A DNA stretch of 64,000 nucleotides, from positions 1-64,000 of the IMG/VR virus record IMGVR_UViG_3300003690_003472. One strand, 5' to 3'. Below, piece by piece: positions 44,644 to 56,011 of the stretch. Made by a program: the position numbers and the translations under genes. The notes below the pieces were generated by a model. It ran no database searches, had not been told where the DNA came from, and was given only the letters and a program-made list of their open reading frames with translations. This DNA is from a virus. Position 1 is the first letter of the stretch. Each line of letters starts with the position of its first letter.

Positions 44644-47600
44644 ATGGCAGCCATTTATGGAACAGAAAAAGTAAAACAAGCAGCACGAAGAATTTGGTAT
44701 AAGCTAACAAAACAACCAGAAAAAGGTTTCATAGTGCAGATTGGAACTGAAGATAAAACCGTTACCGTTAAAGGTAAAGACTATCCTGTAATTGGCGCCC
44801 CCACATATAATATGAGTAGAGAGTTCTTTATAACTGCCATGGCAGCCGAATATGCAGCAACTTGGGCACAAAAAGATGAAAATAAAGATAAACAGTGGAC
44901 AGATTATATAAAAGAAAAACAAAGAGAATACAAGATGGGCAATGGTACCGTTGGACCCACTTTCGGAGCGCTTTCTTCGGGTGCAGAAATAGAAGACAAG
45001 ATTGATTGGTGGCGCCAAAAGAAAGCACACCTATCGCCAAATAGAATGTACTATGTTGTTCCTTTGGTTTTTGACAAAGTATTTAATAATTCTGCTCTCA
45101 AAGATTACATCGACCCCAACACTGAAAAATTAAAAATTTCAGATGGAATATTTAAAAATTTTCAAAAAGAAGAAGAAAAAGAAGATGAATTTTTAAATGG
45201 CATCAAAAGAATGGCTTTACAAAAGTTGGCTCTTAACTTATCAAAAGCGCTAACACACGATAACAAACAAGACGATGCAGCTAATTATGGCTTTTTTCCA
45301 ATCGGCTCTACAATAGTAAAAGAAACGACAAGCGGACCAGAGGAGATACAAATAGCCGAACATTGGTACATGGAAGCTCGTGGCAAAGAATATCAAAGAG
45401 TGTGGATAAAGGTTTTATTTGACAAAGATTGGATAGATGGATTGCCAAATAAAACTGATTCTTCATTAGACTTTACTCAAGTAACTCGCGAGGTTATGAT
45501 ATTTGCAAAAGATTTTCATAAACAACTAGAAGATCTTAAAATGATATTATATCACCTAGATGTTCAATTAAGAGGTAGTAACAACGTTGATGAAGCATAC
45601 CCAGCTATTGACATGTCTTTTGATGCAAACTGTACTGCTGGCAAAGTAGACAAAATATTTGAAGTTATTAATAACTTTTTAATTGCCAATGGAAAGCCAG
45701 ATCTAACAAACCCTGGCGACGCTCCTACAAATGCAGCAATACAATTTGGTTTTACTGAAGGCTTAGGCCTACAATATGTGGCATATAGTGATATGCCAGA
45801 TTGTTTGTGCGATCAAGAAAACTTAAATGCATATACCTTAAAAAAAGGCATTGATCAATTAAAAAACACACCTCCCATAGATCAACAAACCATTAATGGC
45901 TTTTTATATTACCTGCCAGAAATCACTAGCAAATATGCTAAATATTTTAAAACAAGCAATAAAAAAGCTGCTTTATTTGGAACGGAGCAATCATGGGTTG
46001 AATTTATACAGACATACGTATACCCAGAAACACCAATAATTCACTTAGTACCTGGATCTGATACAGATGATGATTCATTTTATATTTCTGCAATTCAAGA
46101 TATAATGGCCAATCCCGTTTGGGCCAAAGTTGCTGGCGGCGATTATATTAAAGATCCAATGAATTTATTGAGCCAAGAAATAAAAGATACAGTTTTGGCA
46201 GCTTCCAACGTTCAAAATATAAACGCTGGCGATGGCGCCCTCATGGAAGCTTTACACTCCGAACTGTTATCGATGACAGCACTTTATGATCAACTACTCA
46301 ACAGAATACCCATGGTAGATCTAATAAAAATGGCAGCTATAATGATTTTTAAGTGTATTGCTGGTGACGATTTAAAGAAGAGATTATGTAAGATGGCGCT
46401 AGAGAATATTCCAATCGAAGAGATCAGAATAGTATTATATCCTTGTTTGATGGAATTGGGCGAAGAAGGCGAAGCGGGAATAATAAAGCTTGAAGAACAA
46501 ATAACAGGCAGAAAAGGCATGTTATATGAATGGGCCAACGAACGCTTTCCAGATAAATTCCCACAAGATGGTGAGGCAGACGCCGCCGCCATGGCACAAA
46601 TGACAAAATTATATTGTGCAGATCCAAATTTTGCTAGCAAACTAGGAAGATCCCCAGATGATTTTAATCATGAATTGGCTGCGTGGGTTGACGATTCGGC
46701 CACCATGGCTATTTGCGATTGCGCAATCGAATTATATGGTAAAGCATTAGAATTATATAATAATGTTCAAGACCTCGCAGAAGATATTATTGATGCTGTC
46801 AATTCAGAAAAGAGCAAAGCAAAATCAATTGAAATGCAAGCAACCATATCTTTAGAAAGAATTTTTATGCCATTTTATAATGGAATAATAGACTTTTTAG
46901 ATAATTTTGGTAAAATGATTCTTAATGCACTAGTAGAAATGGTTAAACAAATAATAGTTTCTGCAGTATTAGTTACCCTTCAATATGTAAAAGCTGAAAT
47001 ATTAGGAAATCTTATGAAAGATTTGTGCGGCGGCAAAGGATTTTCTGGCCAAAACTTTGGCGATTTTATTATGGGACAGGAACTCTATAAAGATAAAGGA
47101 GAATTTGGACCATCTAAAATTCTCGAAAAGTTTGATATTAAAAATCTTAAAGGCTATTTCGGTGAAGATATACAAAGACTTTGGGATAGTATTTCAAGTT
47201 TGCATGAAGGTTATAGCCCAAGCGAGATTCAACGTATATTTACTACTCCATGTAACGACAATTCGGCCAATTCTATATATCAAAAACTACAAGCAGATTG
47301 GGCGGATCCGGCAGTTATTAGTAAATTATCTAGTGCATACCCAGGCATTCCACTGAATGAATTGTTGGCCGCCTCCGAAACAACAAATAAATCAGGAACA
47401 GAATTTCCTTTTACACCTCAAGATGGAACAGATATAGATATAACAAAGGAGTTAAACGGCCTCCCATCAGTTGGTGATATTCATGATTTTTGTAATGCTT
47501 TTGGAAAAACACTTGATAGATCGAAATTAGATCAATATCAACAAAATTATTTACAAACAAAACAAATACTTTGTGATTTATGCACGCCCGGTTCTGGCTT

Positions 47601-50600
47601 CGCTGAAGTTTTAGCAGCCTCTCTTGGAGACAAAGATGTTCTGCCACTCACCGAAGGAGAACAAGACAAGATGTGGAAAGATCTTGAATCTTTCTTTCCA
47701 CTTATAGATCCTCAACGCATGCAAGATAATATTCCTCCAATGTTTTGTGGCCCATGTACTCCTCGTCAACGCGGTATGGAACCGCTAATGCCCAAACAAA
47801 CTCACGAAACTCAAGTGTTTGCACAAGAAAAAATAAACAGAGACACATATAAGATTATTGATGAGGCTTTTAATAATGATTTATCGGTTTATAAAGGTAT
47901 TATTACAGAAACTGCAGCGCGACTAGGTGATTATCAAAAACAATTATTAGATGAAATTAATAAGCTGACTATTGTTATGTCAGGATCTAATCCACCACAT
48001 TATACAGCGAATATCATGGGCATTATGATACCAGACCAAGAAGAAGGAAAATATATGGGCGAAGACGGTAATCTGGCAACTTTTACCCCATTCGAAGCTA
48101 TGTCCTTTGCTTCGCTTCAAGTAGCAAATAATTATAAAATTCAAGAAGCAGAAGGAACAGCATTTGTAGCTGGCTCATTACGCGACTTGATTTTAAAAAT
48201 AATCGAAACAGACAATGCAGACCAAATAACAAGCTTTAATGAAGTTGAACAATATGCAGAACTTTCATATGAAATACCAAACACTCCATATCATATGTAT
48301 ACAATTTTTAATTTTGGCGACAAAGAACAAACCTTTAAATATGAAGGAAAAGAATTCGCAAAAATAAAACCAGGAAGTATAAAAATTATTGTTATGAATA
48401 CACATGCAGATGATATTGATTATGAATGGCCAAAATCTGATTCTTTGGCCGAAGAAGATCAAATGAAAAATTTTGATATGAATTCAGTACCATTTTTCTT
48501 GATGTTAAATTATCAGAACTATAACCAAAAGGTTCCGGCGGACTTTTATCTAGAATTTACCAACGCCTTATCTGCAGAGGGAATTAGCTTTTTAAAATCT
48601 TTGATACCAATTGCATCAAGTTATATTTTTGAAACAGTATTTTTGCGAGGAACACAGTATGATTTATTTAATGCACAAAAATTTTCAAATCTTCCACTAA
48701 CAAATGAAGAAGCAAAAAAACATTGTATTGGTAATGCTGGTGCCACACCACTATTAGATACTGAAAAAATGATAGACGATGTTAACAAAACTCGCGAAGC
48801 ATTAGAATGCGTTATTAGTTTTTTTGATAATCCAGACGCCGTACAAATATCAAACATTTATGGTCTTTATAAAATGATGATAAAAATTTGTATTATTGAA
48901 GAGTGTTTAAAAAACATTTTTGCATTTGGATTTATAAAAATATCTGATGTTTTGGAAACAAATGCTTATATGGATTATATGCTTAGAAACATAAAAGAGC
49001 TAGTTGATAGCGGATTAGGCGAGTCCGGATACAGCAAACTTCTTGAATATTCAGAAAAAATAGTTAATGGACGCTATCAACTGGGCCAACTTGATGAAGA
49101 TGAAGATCTAACTGCTTTAAAATCAAAAGAACAATGTTTAGAAATTTTAGTCAAAGAATCCGCATTAGAAATTAGTGATATATTTGACAATAGGGTAAAG
49201 TATCTTGTTGATCCTGAATGGGAAGAGAAAATGATTGCTTTTCAAGATATAGTAGATGAAGGAGAGCCACCAAACTTATTGCCACGATTTATTCAATATG
49301 CAATTAATCCTGTATATATGGATCCTCTTTATCATTCCATGCCAATTCCATCCGAAGGCTGGGTGTCCACGGGCGGATCAGAAGATGACCAATTTATGCC
49401 AATAGCAAGTATACCTGCTTTTATAAACTCTGTTGATGAAACTTTTCCATTTCCAATAGAAACACCCATGGGAGAAGAATATAAGTATAATGGTGGATTG
49501 TTTTTTGAACCATATATACGTGTAGAATCTAAACTAGAAGGGTCGACTTTTGAATGGAATGCAGAAAACGCAATAACGGAATTTTGGGTAAAATTTAAAA
49601 AAGCATATTATCTCAAAAAAGAACGACTTTTTGGCAACAAACCCGAACTGGTCGGGTATAGTCTAGGACTTGGTTCGGTTAAGGGGGTAGAAAACAGTCC
49701 ACCTTCCGTATTTGCTGGCGGGGGATTTGGCTCCACCGCCGAGCATGTTGACCACTCTTATAAGCTGAAGCATGAACATGGAAAATATGTACCTAATTTT
49801 AATGAAGGTCTAGTAGACACTCAGACTCATGAAGCGCGTCAGCAAATGTATGATTTCATAGATGATATGATTGGCATAATTGATGACGCGGACTCGCTTC
49901 TCGATTCGCCTTTATTCTTGAGATTTTTTAAAACTTTCTTTGCCCCCATGGGGCCTTCTTGGAATATTCCAAATGCCATTGATTGGAATGAGGTCGGGAT
50001 GTCCGGGAACGCAAAATGGTTGGGCCGCTCGCTTTCATTCATAGTTTCTTCTCTGGCTGGCCCAGCCGGATCCGATGGATACAGCGCCGACGGTATTCTT
50101 GGAAAAGATCTTTGGACAGCAAATTATCACAATGTTGGTACGGATGATTTATCTCAAGATTCAAGCTTCACGTGGCTAAATGGGCATTATTGGTGGCAAA
50201 ATAGCCCCCTAGGCGGATATATTGAACCAGGGAAGATAGGGAACTTAAATTATGCAAACAGAGGATGTACATCCTTTAATTTAGCAGGTATAGCTCCTGG
50301 CAGCGGCCCAGCATGCGCTGAGATCCCTGGAACCGATTCGGGGTTTGGGCCCGAGATCATCTGCAATCTCGATGAAGAAGGCGATGAAGGTAAAAGTATG
50401 ATAGCTAGCTTTTATTATGGCAAAAGCAGAAGACTTATCAGGAACGGTGTTGCATCATATGAAGGTATCTTTACCAATTTAAAAAACTTGGATGCAAATT
50501 TAATGAAATGGACAGGCGCGCTTCCAGGAAATGACGCCATTCGCGCTTCGTTAGGCGAGTTGTTGACATGGGAAGGGATCGAATTTGAGCCACTACAAAC

Positions 50601-51870
50601 TTATTTAAATAACTACAATGATTCCAAATTGAACGGCGGTGTGGGAGCGGGCACGGCATGGACGCGCCAGTATCAATACGAAGCCATTTTTTGGTCTGTT
50701 ATAAGAGATACATGCTTAGACAGTCCTTTTGATTTGTGGTTTGATTTTTCACTAGGAATGAGGCTTAATTTAGTGGTGCCAGTGGAACAGAGCGGCAAAC
50801 TTCAATCGCAGCTATTTTCTAAAGTCATAGATGAGGCAGGGAAGGTCTATATTAATAATATTGATGCTGTTAGCCGTCAAAAATATATTGATGATAAAGC
50901 GTTTATAATTAAACACGGGATTAAAGATGAAAAGCCCCCCCCCGGCGCGCCCGAGTCGAGTTATACTGAAGAAAGCCGATGGATGTGTATACCATTAGAT
51001 TCTGTAGAATTTTCTGCTGAAGAATTTTGCAATCTCGTTGGCGATGTAGCCAAGACGTCCACTGCATCAGACTTTTCCGACAAATCTCCATGGGGACAAA
51101 TATTTTATAGAGACGACGCGAACCAGCTGAGCCTTTTACAAGATTTTAATTCCGATTATATGGGCACTGATCGTATACCAACTATAGTTCACACAAAAAC
51201 AGGGTCGCCATGGCTGGATAAGACAGCGCCGACCAATTGGACAACTAGACCAACTTTGTGGGCGATATCAGCATTAATAAATCACAACACAATGGATTTA
51301 AAAAAGGAAGGAGTACCTGATACACAAAAAGGTTGGCACAGAGATCTACTTGGAGTTTTAAAAGCGGAATTATCAAATAAAATTTTAGGCATGAAGGGGA
51401 AATATGGAGATTATTCTGGTAATGGTGTGAACCCATTACTTAGTGAAATAATGCCCATTAAAGAAAGTATATTAACCACTGTATTTTTATATAGATATTC
51501 TATGCAAGCTACATATCCTAAATTAGATACTATTTTAAAACCAGTGAAGGACACCATAAACACTTACATTGAACAATATTGGGCAGCTATTAATGGTGAT
51601 TATTCATTTATGAATGATAAAATGAGTATAGATCCTGGTGACAAAATAGACCACTCAACAGATCCTGCAGAGATCGCAAATCAATTTTTCGTGTTAATAT
51701 TACAAATGGCTGCAAACATGATTGATCCAACTTGGAAAACACCATGGTTTCTGCCTGGCCCCTTAACTCCGGTTGGGATGATAGCCAAAGGCTTGTCTTA
51801 TGATGGCAGCGACGATAAAGATGTCGAAGATCTTCCTGAAGACGTCTTTGATCAAGAAGAATGTGAATAA
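44644..51870 (+). CDS. Very large structural protein (2,408 aa) in the baseplate/tail module
   Basis: Uninterrupted ORF between the spike and gp25-like genes. No catalytic motif recognised. Confidence 0.7.
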   Translation: MAAIYGTEKVKQAARRIWYKLTKQPEKGFIVQIGTEDKTVTVKGKDYPVIGAPTYNMSREFFITAMAAEYAATWAQKDENKDKQWTDYIKEKQREYKMGNGTVGPTFGALSSGAEIEDKIDWWRQKKAHLSPNRMYYVVPLVFDKVFNNSALKDYIDPNTEKLKISDGIFKNFQKEEEKEDEFLNGIKRMALQKLALNLSKALTHDNKQDDAANYGFFPIGSTIVKETTSGPEEIQIAEHWYMEARGKEYQRVWIKVLFDKDWIDGLPNKTDSSLDFTQVTREVMIFAKDFHKQLEDLKMILYHLDVQLRGSNNVDEAYPAIDMSFDANCTAGKVDKIFEVINNFLIANGKPDLTNPGDAPTNAAIQFGFTEGLGLQYVAYSDMPDCLCDQENLNAYTLKKGIDQLKNTPPIDQQTINGFLYYLPEITSKYAKYFKTSNKKAALFGTEQSWVEFIQTYVYPETPIIHLVPGSDTDDDSFYISAIQDIMANPVWAKVAGGDYIKDPMNLLSQEIKDTVLAASNVQNINAGDGALMEALHSELLSMTALYDQLLNRIPMVDLIKMAAIMIFKCIAGDDLKKRLCKMALENIPIEEIRIVLYPCLMELGEEGEAGIIKLEEQITGRKGMLYEWANERFPDKFPQDGEADAAAMAQMTKLYCADPNFASKLGRSPDDFNHELAAWVDDSATMAICDCAIELYGKALELYNNVQDLAEDIIDAVNSEKSKAKSIEMQATISLERIFMPFYNGIIDFLDNFGKMILNALVEMVKQIIVSAVLVTLQYVKAEILGNLMKDLCGGKGFSGQNFGDFIMGQELYKDKGEFGPSKILEKFDIKNLKGYFGEDIQRLWDSISSLHEGYSPSEIQRIFTTPCNDNSANSIYQKLQADWADPAVISKLSSAYPGIPLNELLAASETTNKSGTEFPFTPQDGTDIDITKELNGLPSVGDIHDFCNAFGKTLDRSKLDQYQQNYLQTKQILCDLCTPGSGFAEVLAASLGDKDVLPLTEGEQDKMWKDLESFFPLIDPQRMQDNIPPMFCGPCTPRQRGMEPLMPKQTHETQVFAQEKINRDTYKIIDEAFNNDLSVYKGIITETAARLGDYQKQLLDEINKLTIVMSGSNPPHYTANIMGIMIPDQEEGKYMGEDGNLATFTPFEAMSFASLQVANNYKIQEAEGTAFVAGSLRDLILKIIETDNADQITSFNEVEQYAELSYEIPNTPYHMYTIFNFGDKEQTFKYEGKEFAKIKPGSIKIIVMNTHADDIDYEWPKSDSLAEEDQMKNFDMNSVPFFLMLNYQNYNQKVPADFYLEFTNALSAEGISFLKSLIPIASSYIFETVFLRGTQYDLFNAQKFSNLPLTNEEAKKHCIGNAGATPLLDTEKMIDDVNKTREALECVISFFDNPDAVQISNIYGLYKMMIKICIIEECLKNIFAFGFIKISDVLETNAYMDYMLRNIKELVDSGLGESGYSKLLEYSEKIVNGRYQLGQLDEDEDLTALKSKEQCLEILVKESALEISDIFDNRVKYLVDPEWEEKMIAFQDIVDEGEPPNLLPRFIQYAINPVYMDPLYHSMPIPSEGWVSTGGSEDDQFMPIASIPAFINSVDETFPFPIETPMGEEYKYNGGLFFEPYIRVESKLEGSTFEWNAENAITEFWVKFKKAYYLKKERLFGNKPELVGYSLGLGSVKGVENSPPSVFAGGGFGSTAEHVDHSYKLKHEHGKYVPNFNEGLVDTQTHEARQQMYDFIDDMIGIIDDADSLLDSPLFLRFFKTFFAPMGPSWNIPNAIDWNEVGMSGNAKWLGRSLSFIVSSLAGPAGSDGYSADGILGKDLWTANYHNVGTDDLSQDSSFTWLNGHYWWQNSPLGGYIEPGKIGNLNYANRGCTSFNLAGIAPGSGPACAEIPGTDSGFGPEIICNLDEEGDEGKSMIASFYYGKSRRLIRNGVASYEGIFTNLKNLDANLMKWTGALPGNDAIRASLGELLTWEGIEFEPLQTYLNNYNDSKLNGGVGAGTAWTRQYQYEAIFWSVIRDTCLDSPFDLWFDFSLGMRLNLVVPVEQSGKLQSQLFSKVIDEAGKVYINNIDAVSRQKYIDDKAFIIKHGIKDEKPPPGAPESSYTEESRWMCIPLDSVEFSAEEFCNLVGDVAKTSTASDFSDKSPWGQIFYRDDANQLSLLQDFNSDYMGTDRIPTIVHTKTGSPWLDKTAPTNWTTRPTLWAISALINHNTMDLKKEGVPDTQKGWHRDLLGVLKAELSNKILGMKGKYGDYSGNGVNPLLSEIMPIKESILTTVFLYRYSMQATYPKLDTILKPVKDTINTYIEQYWAAINGDYSFMNDKMSIDPGDKIDHSTDPAEIANQFFVLILQMAANMIDPTWKTPWFLPGPLTPVGMIAKGLSYDGSDDKDVEDLPEDVFDQEECE

Positions 51871-51982
51871 TACTTAATACTTTAAAAGTCAAAAGAAGAT
51901 AATTTAACTTAATTTTGGCAAGATAATAGCAGTAAATTTATGATTTAAGCTCTAATTATTAGAAAAGAGGGTTAAATAAAAG

Positions 51983-52324
51983 ATGACAGTCGGCTATTCT
52001 AAAACATTAAAAGAGGTTATACAACAAAATATAAAAATGATCGTATTAACCTCTCCGGGAGAAAGGATGATGAACCCCTCTTTTGGTGTGGGAGTAAGAG
52101 ATTATTTATTTAGTGCTGAACAGGTGGCCTTTTTAAATCTTAAAAATAAAATACTTGAACAAGTTGGAAAATATTTACCTATTGTACAAATAAAAAACAT
52201 AAATGTGCTTGATGTTAATGCGGATGATGTCACCTCAGATACACAAAGTTTAGGCATAAGAATTATATATAACATTCCAAGCCTAGGTATAAGTGAGAAT
52301 TTAGAAATAACACTTGCTGCATAA
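51983..52324 (+). CDS. Baseplate wedge subunit, gp25-like
   Basis: QNIKMIVLTSPGERMMNPSFGVG ... KYLP is the gp25 signature. Confidence 0.9.
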   Translation: MTVGYSKTLKEVIQQNIKMIVLTSPGERMMNPSFGVGVRDYLFSAEQVAFLNLKNKILEQVGKYLPIVQIKNINVLDVNADDVTSDTQSLGIRIIYNIPSLGISENLEITLAA

Positions 52325-52351
52325 AGAAATATTATTGAGGAAAAATTAAAG

Positions 52352-54142
52352 ATGCCAAAAATAAAGCCAGCAATAAATTATACTAGTAGAGAATTTAGTT
52401 CGATTAGAGCTGATTTAGAATCATATGTAAAAAGATATTATCCTAATACGTTTAGAGATTTTACAGAAGCATCTTTTGGTTCTTTAATGTTAGATACAAT
52501 TTCTTACGTTGGTGATATGCTATCGTTTTATGTTGATTATCAAACAAATGAATCTTTTTTAGATACAGCAATGGAGTTTGATAATGTTTTGAAACTAAGT
52601 CGAGAGCTTGGATATAAATATTCTCCTAACCCATCTTCTTATGGCTTTTGTAACTTTTATATAACTATTCCAACAGAACCAGACGGACCAGGCCCTGATT
52701 CAGATTATATGCCGATTCTCAGAAAGGGTTCAACTTTTTATTCTACTTCAAACGCACTGTATACTCTTTTAGAAGATGTAGATTTTTCTCTTGGGATTAA
52801 CCCTATTGTATCTGCTGAACAAGATGAAACTAACGCTACTCCACTTTCTTATGCGGTTCGTGCTTCAGGTCAAGTAATTTCTGGCGAATTAGCAGTACAA
52901 GAAGTTCCTATAGGAGAATATCAAAAATTTCTAAGAATTGCTGTTGATGGAGCTAACATTAGTGAGATTGTCACAGTATACGATGATAACGGAAACCAAT
53001 ATTATGAAGTTGACTATCTAAGTCAAGATATAATACATGTACCTGTTTTAAATAAAGGAAGCGACTCACAAACAGTTCCTTTTATTCTCAAACCTGTTTC
53101 TGTATCTAGGAGATTTAGAACAGAATACAGTCCGGACGGTTGCTCTCTACAATTTGGTCACGGCAACCAGGAAACACCGATAGAAGTTAAAGATCCATCT
53201 GAAGTTATATTAAACATACATGGAAAAAATTATGTCACAGATACATCATTTGATCCATCTATATTAAATAAAACTGATAAACTTGGTGTTGTACCATCCG
53301 ACACAATATTAACTATCATTTATAGAATCAACACAACTGAAAACACAAACGCTGCAGCTAATTCAATAAATTCTGTTGCTTCTGCTCAGTTTCAATTTAA
53401 TTCTCCAGAAGGGTTGGATGAGGGTAAAATGTCATCCGTTCGAAATAGTATGGCAGTTTTAAACGAATCTCCCATCACTGGTGATGTGTCGATAATTCCC
53501 GTGGAAGAGCTAAAAGAACGCGCCATTGGAAATTTCGCATCTCAGAACAGAGCAGTTACAAAACAAGATTATGTGAGCATGGTATATAACATGCCTTCAA
53601 AATATGGAAAAATTAAAAGAGTTGCGATTGAGCTAGATAACGACTCATACAATCAAAGAAATATAAATTTGTATGTTTTATCAGAAGATACGGATCAGTT
53701 TTTTACACAATCCAGTAACACTCTTAAAAACAACCTAAAAACATGGATTAATGAATACAAAATGATTAATGATACGATTGACATACTTGATGCTAAGATT
53801 TCTAATTTTGGCATTATTTTTGAGGTGGTTGCTTTTCCTGGTAGTAATAAATATGATGTTTTAAATGAATGTAATAGGGCTTTACAAGCGGCATATGATA
53901 AAACATATGACATTGGCGAACCAATAATAGTAACTGATGTATACCAAATATTAAAATCAGTACCGGATTTATTAGATGTTGCAAAAGTTAGCATTGTAAT
54001 AAAAAGCGGGAGTGAATATGCTGATTCTCCCATGTCAATAGAGGAGGCCAGATCTATCAATGGAAGATTTGTTGTTCCTCCCATTGACACAATTTTTGAA
54101 ATGAAATTTCCCGAATCAGACATAGTGGGGACTGTAACATAA
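52352..54142 (+). CDS. Baseplate wedge subunit, T4 gp6/baseplate-J-like
   Basis: YTSREF..I...L, DF.E.S.G..LD..SYVGD.LSFY.D, FG.G and QNRAVT.QDY. Confidence 0.9.
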   Translation: MPKIKPAINYTSREFSSIRADLESYVKRYYPNTFRDFTEASFGSLMLDTISYVGDMLSFYVDYQTNESFLDTAMEFDNVLKLSRELGYKYSPNPSSYGFCNFYITIPTEPDGPGPDSDYMPILRKGSTFYSTSNALYTLLEDVDFSLGINPIVSAEQDETNATPLSYAVRASGQVISGELAVQEVPIGEYQKFLRIAVDGANISEIVTVYDDNGNQYYEVDYLSQDIIHVPVLNKGSDSQTVPFILKPVSVSRRFRTEYSPDGCSLQFGHGNQETPIEVKDPSEVILNIHGKNYVTDTSFDPSILNKTDKLGVVPSDTILTIIYRINTTENTNAAANSINSVASAQFQFNSPEGLDEGKMSSVRNSMAVLNESPITGDVSIIPVEELKERAIGNFASQNRAVTKQDYVSMVYNMPSKYGKIKRVAIELDNDSYNQRNINLYVLSEDTDQFFTQSSNTLKNNLKTWINEYKMINDTIDILDAKISNFGIIFEVVAFPGSNKYDVLNECNRALQAAYDKTYDIGEPIIVTDVYQILKSVPDLLDVAKVSIVIKSGSEYADSPMSIEEARSINGRFVVPPIDTIFEMKFPESDIVGTVT

Positions 54143-56010
54143 TGGCTTTTAAAAGATATTTTGCAGACGCAGATACTACAATCACAAACGCATATAGAGC
54201 TAATCTGCTTTTGCGCGGCGTTAGTGGCAACATGGGACAATCTGATATATTAGAAACTTTTTCTATATATGCTCAAGCTAGCAGTGCATCGTCAGAATCA
54301 ACAAGAATTCTTATTAAATTTCCTGCAACTGGAACAGATTCTGGATATATTTCTTATGATAGGGAACAATCAAATATACCTGCTTCTGGGAGTGTTTCAT
54401 TTTATTTAAGAATGTTTAATGCTTTACATTCACAAACAACTCCAAAGAATTTTAATTTAATAGTTTCTGCTGTATCACAATCGTGGCAAGAGGGCAACGG
54501 CCTTGATATGGAAGAATATTCAGACGAAGACCAGGCTAACTGGTTATATAGAAATAATACAAAAATTGCTCAAGATACAACAGCTTCTTTTGGATCTAAC
54601 ACAAAAAGTGATTATGCAGGAAAATATATAAGTTTATATGATACTGCGCCCAGTAAAAGCAGATATAATTTTTGGTTTCAAACTGATGGCGCCGATATTG
54701 CTCCAGTTTTAAATGGTACAGAAATTGAAGTTGATATTTCTGCTGGCGCTACCAACACGGCTATAGAGTATGCTCGCGAATTTCAACTTGTTGTTGACGA
54801 TCAAAGCCAATTTGATGCCGAATATGACGGCTCCGCAAACATAGGGATAACAAATTCAACCGCTGGAGCAGTTACGGTTCCAACAGGAAATGTAGACGTA
54901 ATAACTTTATCAACCACAACATCAGGTTCAGATTATACTTTATGGGACACTGAAGGTGGCGCCTATTTTTCAGATGCATCTTCTTCATTTACAGCTTCAT
55001 TTGATTCTGGTTTTGAAAACATGGAATTAGATATTACCCCACTAGTTGAGCAGTGGATATCTAGTAGCCTGCAAGGAGAAAAGGAAAATTATGGCGTTGG
55101 TATTAAATTGACATCAGCAGAAGAAGGTGCTATTACTTCTTATTATACTAAAAAGTTTTTTGCCAGAGGTTCACAATATTATTTTAAAAGACCCTGTATT
55201 GAAGCTCGATGGGATTCTTCAAGGAAGGATAATAGAGCAAGTTTTTATTATAGTAGCTCTATGGCACCCGCAGCAGATAATTTAAATACGATTTTTCTTT
55301 ATAATTATGTACGCGGCCAATTAAAAAACATACCTGGAGTGGATACTGGAGAAATATTAGTTAGTATTTATTCAGGTTCATCAATAAACACTAGCCCTTC
55401 TGGTTCAAAATTAGCATTAAGCGAAGGCGGCGGAGTAGCTACAGCAGCAGATCCAAACGCAACAGGCTCTTATGTTGCAACTGGTATATATTCTGCTTCT
55501 TTTGCGTTTACTGGTTCAACCTCCTTAACTACAATTTATGATGTATGGCATAGCGGTAGCGTAGAATATTTTACTGGAACTATAGAACCAAAAAACTTAA
55601 GTCAAACTTGGCCCGGTGTTTCAATGAACCCAAATCAACAATTTGTTAGTAAAATTACCAATTTAAAATCATCTTATTTGTCTCAAAATACAAGTGCACG
55701 ACTTAGATTATATACTAGAAAAAAAGACTGGAGCCCAACTATTTATGCAGTATCATCTAATACTGCACCAATTGATCAAGTTGAAGATGCTTATTACAGA
55801 GTTTATCGTGTAAGTGATGGATTAAATGTAATATCGTATGGAACAGGAAGCGATAATCATACAAAATTATCTTATGATATTAGTGGAAGTTATTTTGATT
55901 TGGATATGTCGTTTCTTGAATCAGACCAAACATATGCAATAAAATTTGTTTATTATCTTAATTCACAATATGTTGAACAATCTGAAGAATTTAGATTTAG
56001 GATAGAATAA
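54142..56010 (+). CDS. Ser/Thr-rich baseplate/tail structural protein
   Basis: TAATG-coupled to gp6-like gene, beta-rich, with many SGS/TGS/SAS tripeptides. Confidence 0.7.
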   Translation: MAFKRYFADADTTITNAYRANLLLRGVSGNMGQSDILETFSIYAQASSASSESTRILIKFPATGTDSGYISYDREQSNIPASGSVSFYLRMFNALHSQTTPKNFNLIVSAVSQSWQEGNGLDMEEYSDEDQANWLYRNNTKIAQDTTASFGSNTKSDYAGKYISLYDTAPSKSRYNFWFQTDGADIAPVLNGTEIEVDISAGATNTAIEYAREFQLVVDDQSQFDAEYDGSANIGITNSTAGAVTVPTGNVDVITLSTTTSGSDYTLWDTEGGAYFSDASSSFTASFDSGFENMELDITPLVEQWISSSLQGEKENYGVGIKLTSAEEGAITSYYTKKFFARGSQYYFKRPCIEARWDSSRKDNRASFYYSSSMAPAADNLNTIFLYNYVRGQLKNIPGVDTGEILVSIYSGSSINTSPSGSKLALSEGGGVATAADPNATGSYVATGIYSASFAFTGSTSLTTIYDVWHSGSVEYFTGTIEPKNLSQTWPGVSMNPNQQFVSKITNLKSSYLSQNTSARLRLYTRKKDWSPTIYAVSSNTAPIDQVEDAYYRVYRVSDGLNVISYGTGSDNHTKLSYDISGSYFDLDMSFLESDQTYAIKFVYYLNSQYVEQSEEFRFRIE

Positions 56011-56011
56011 T

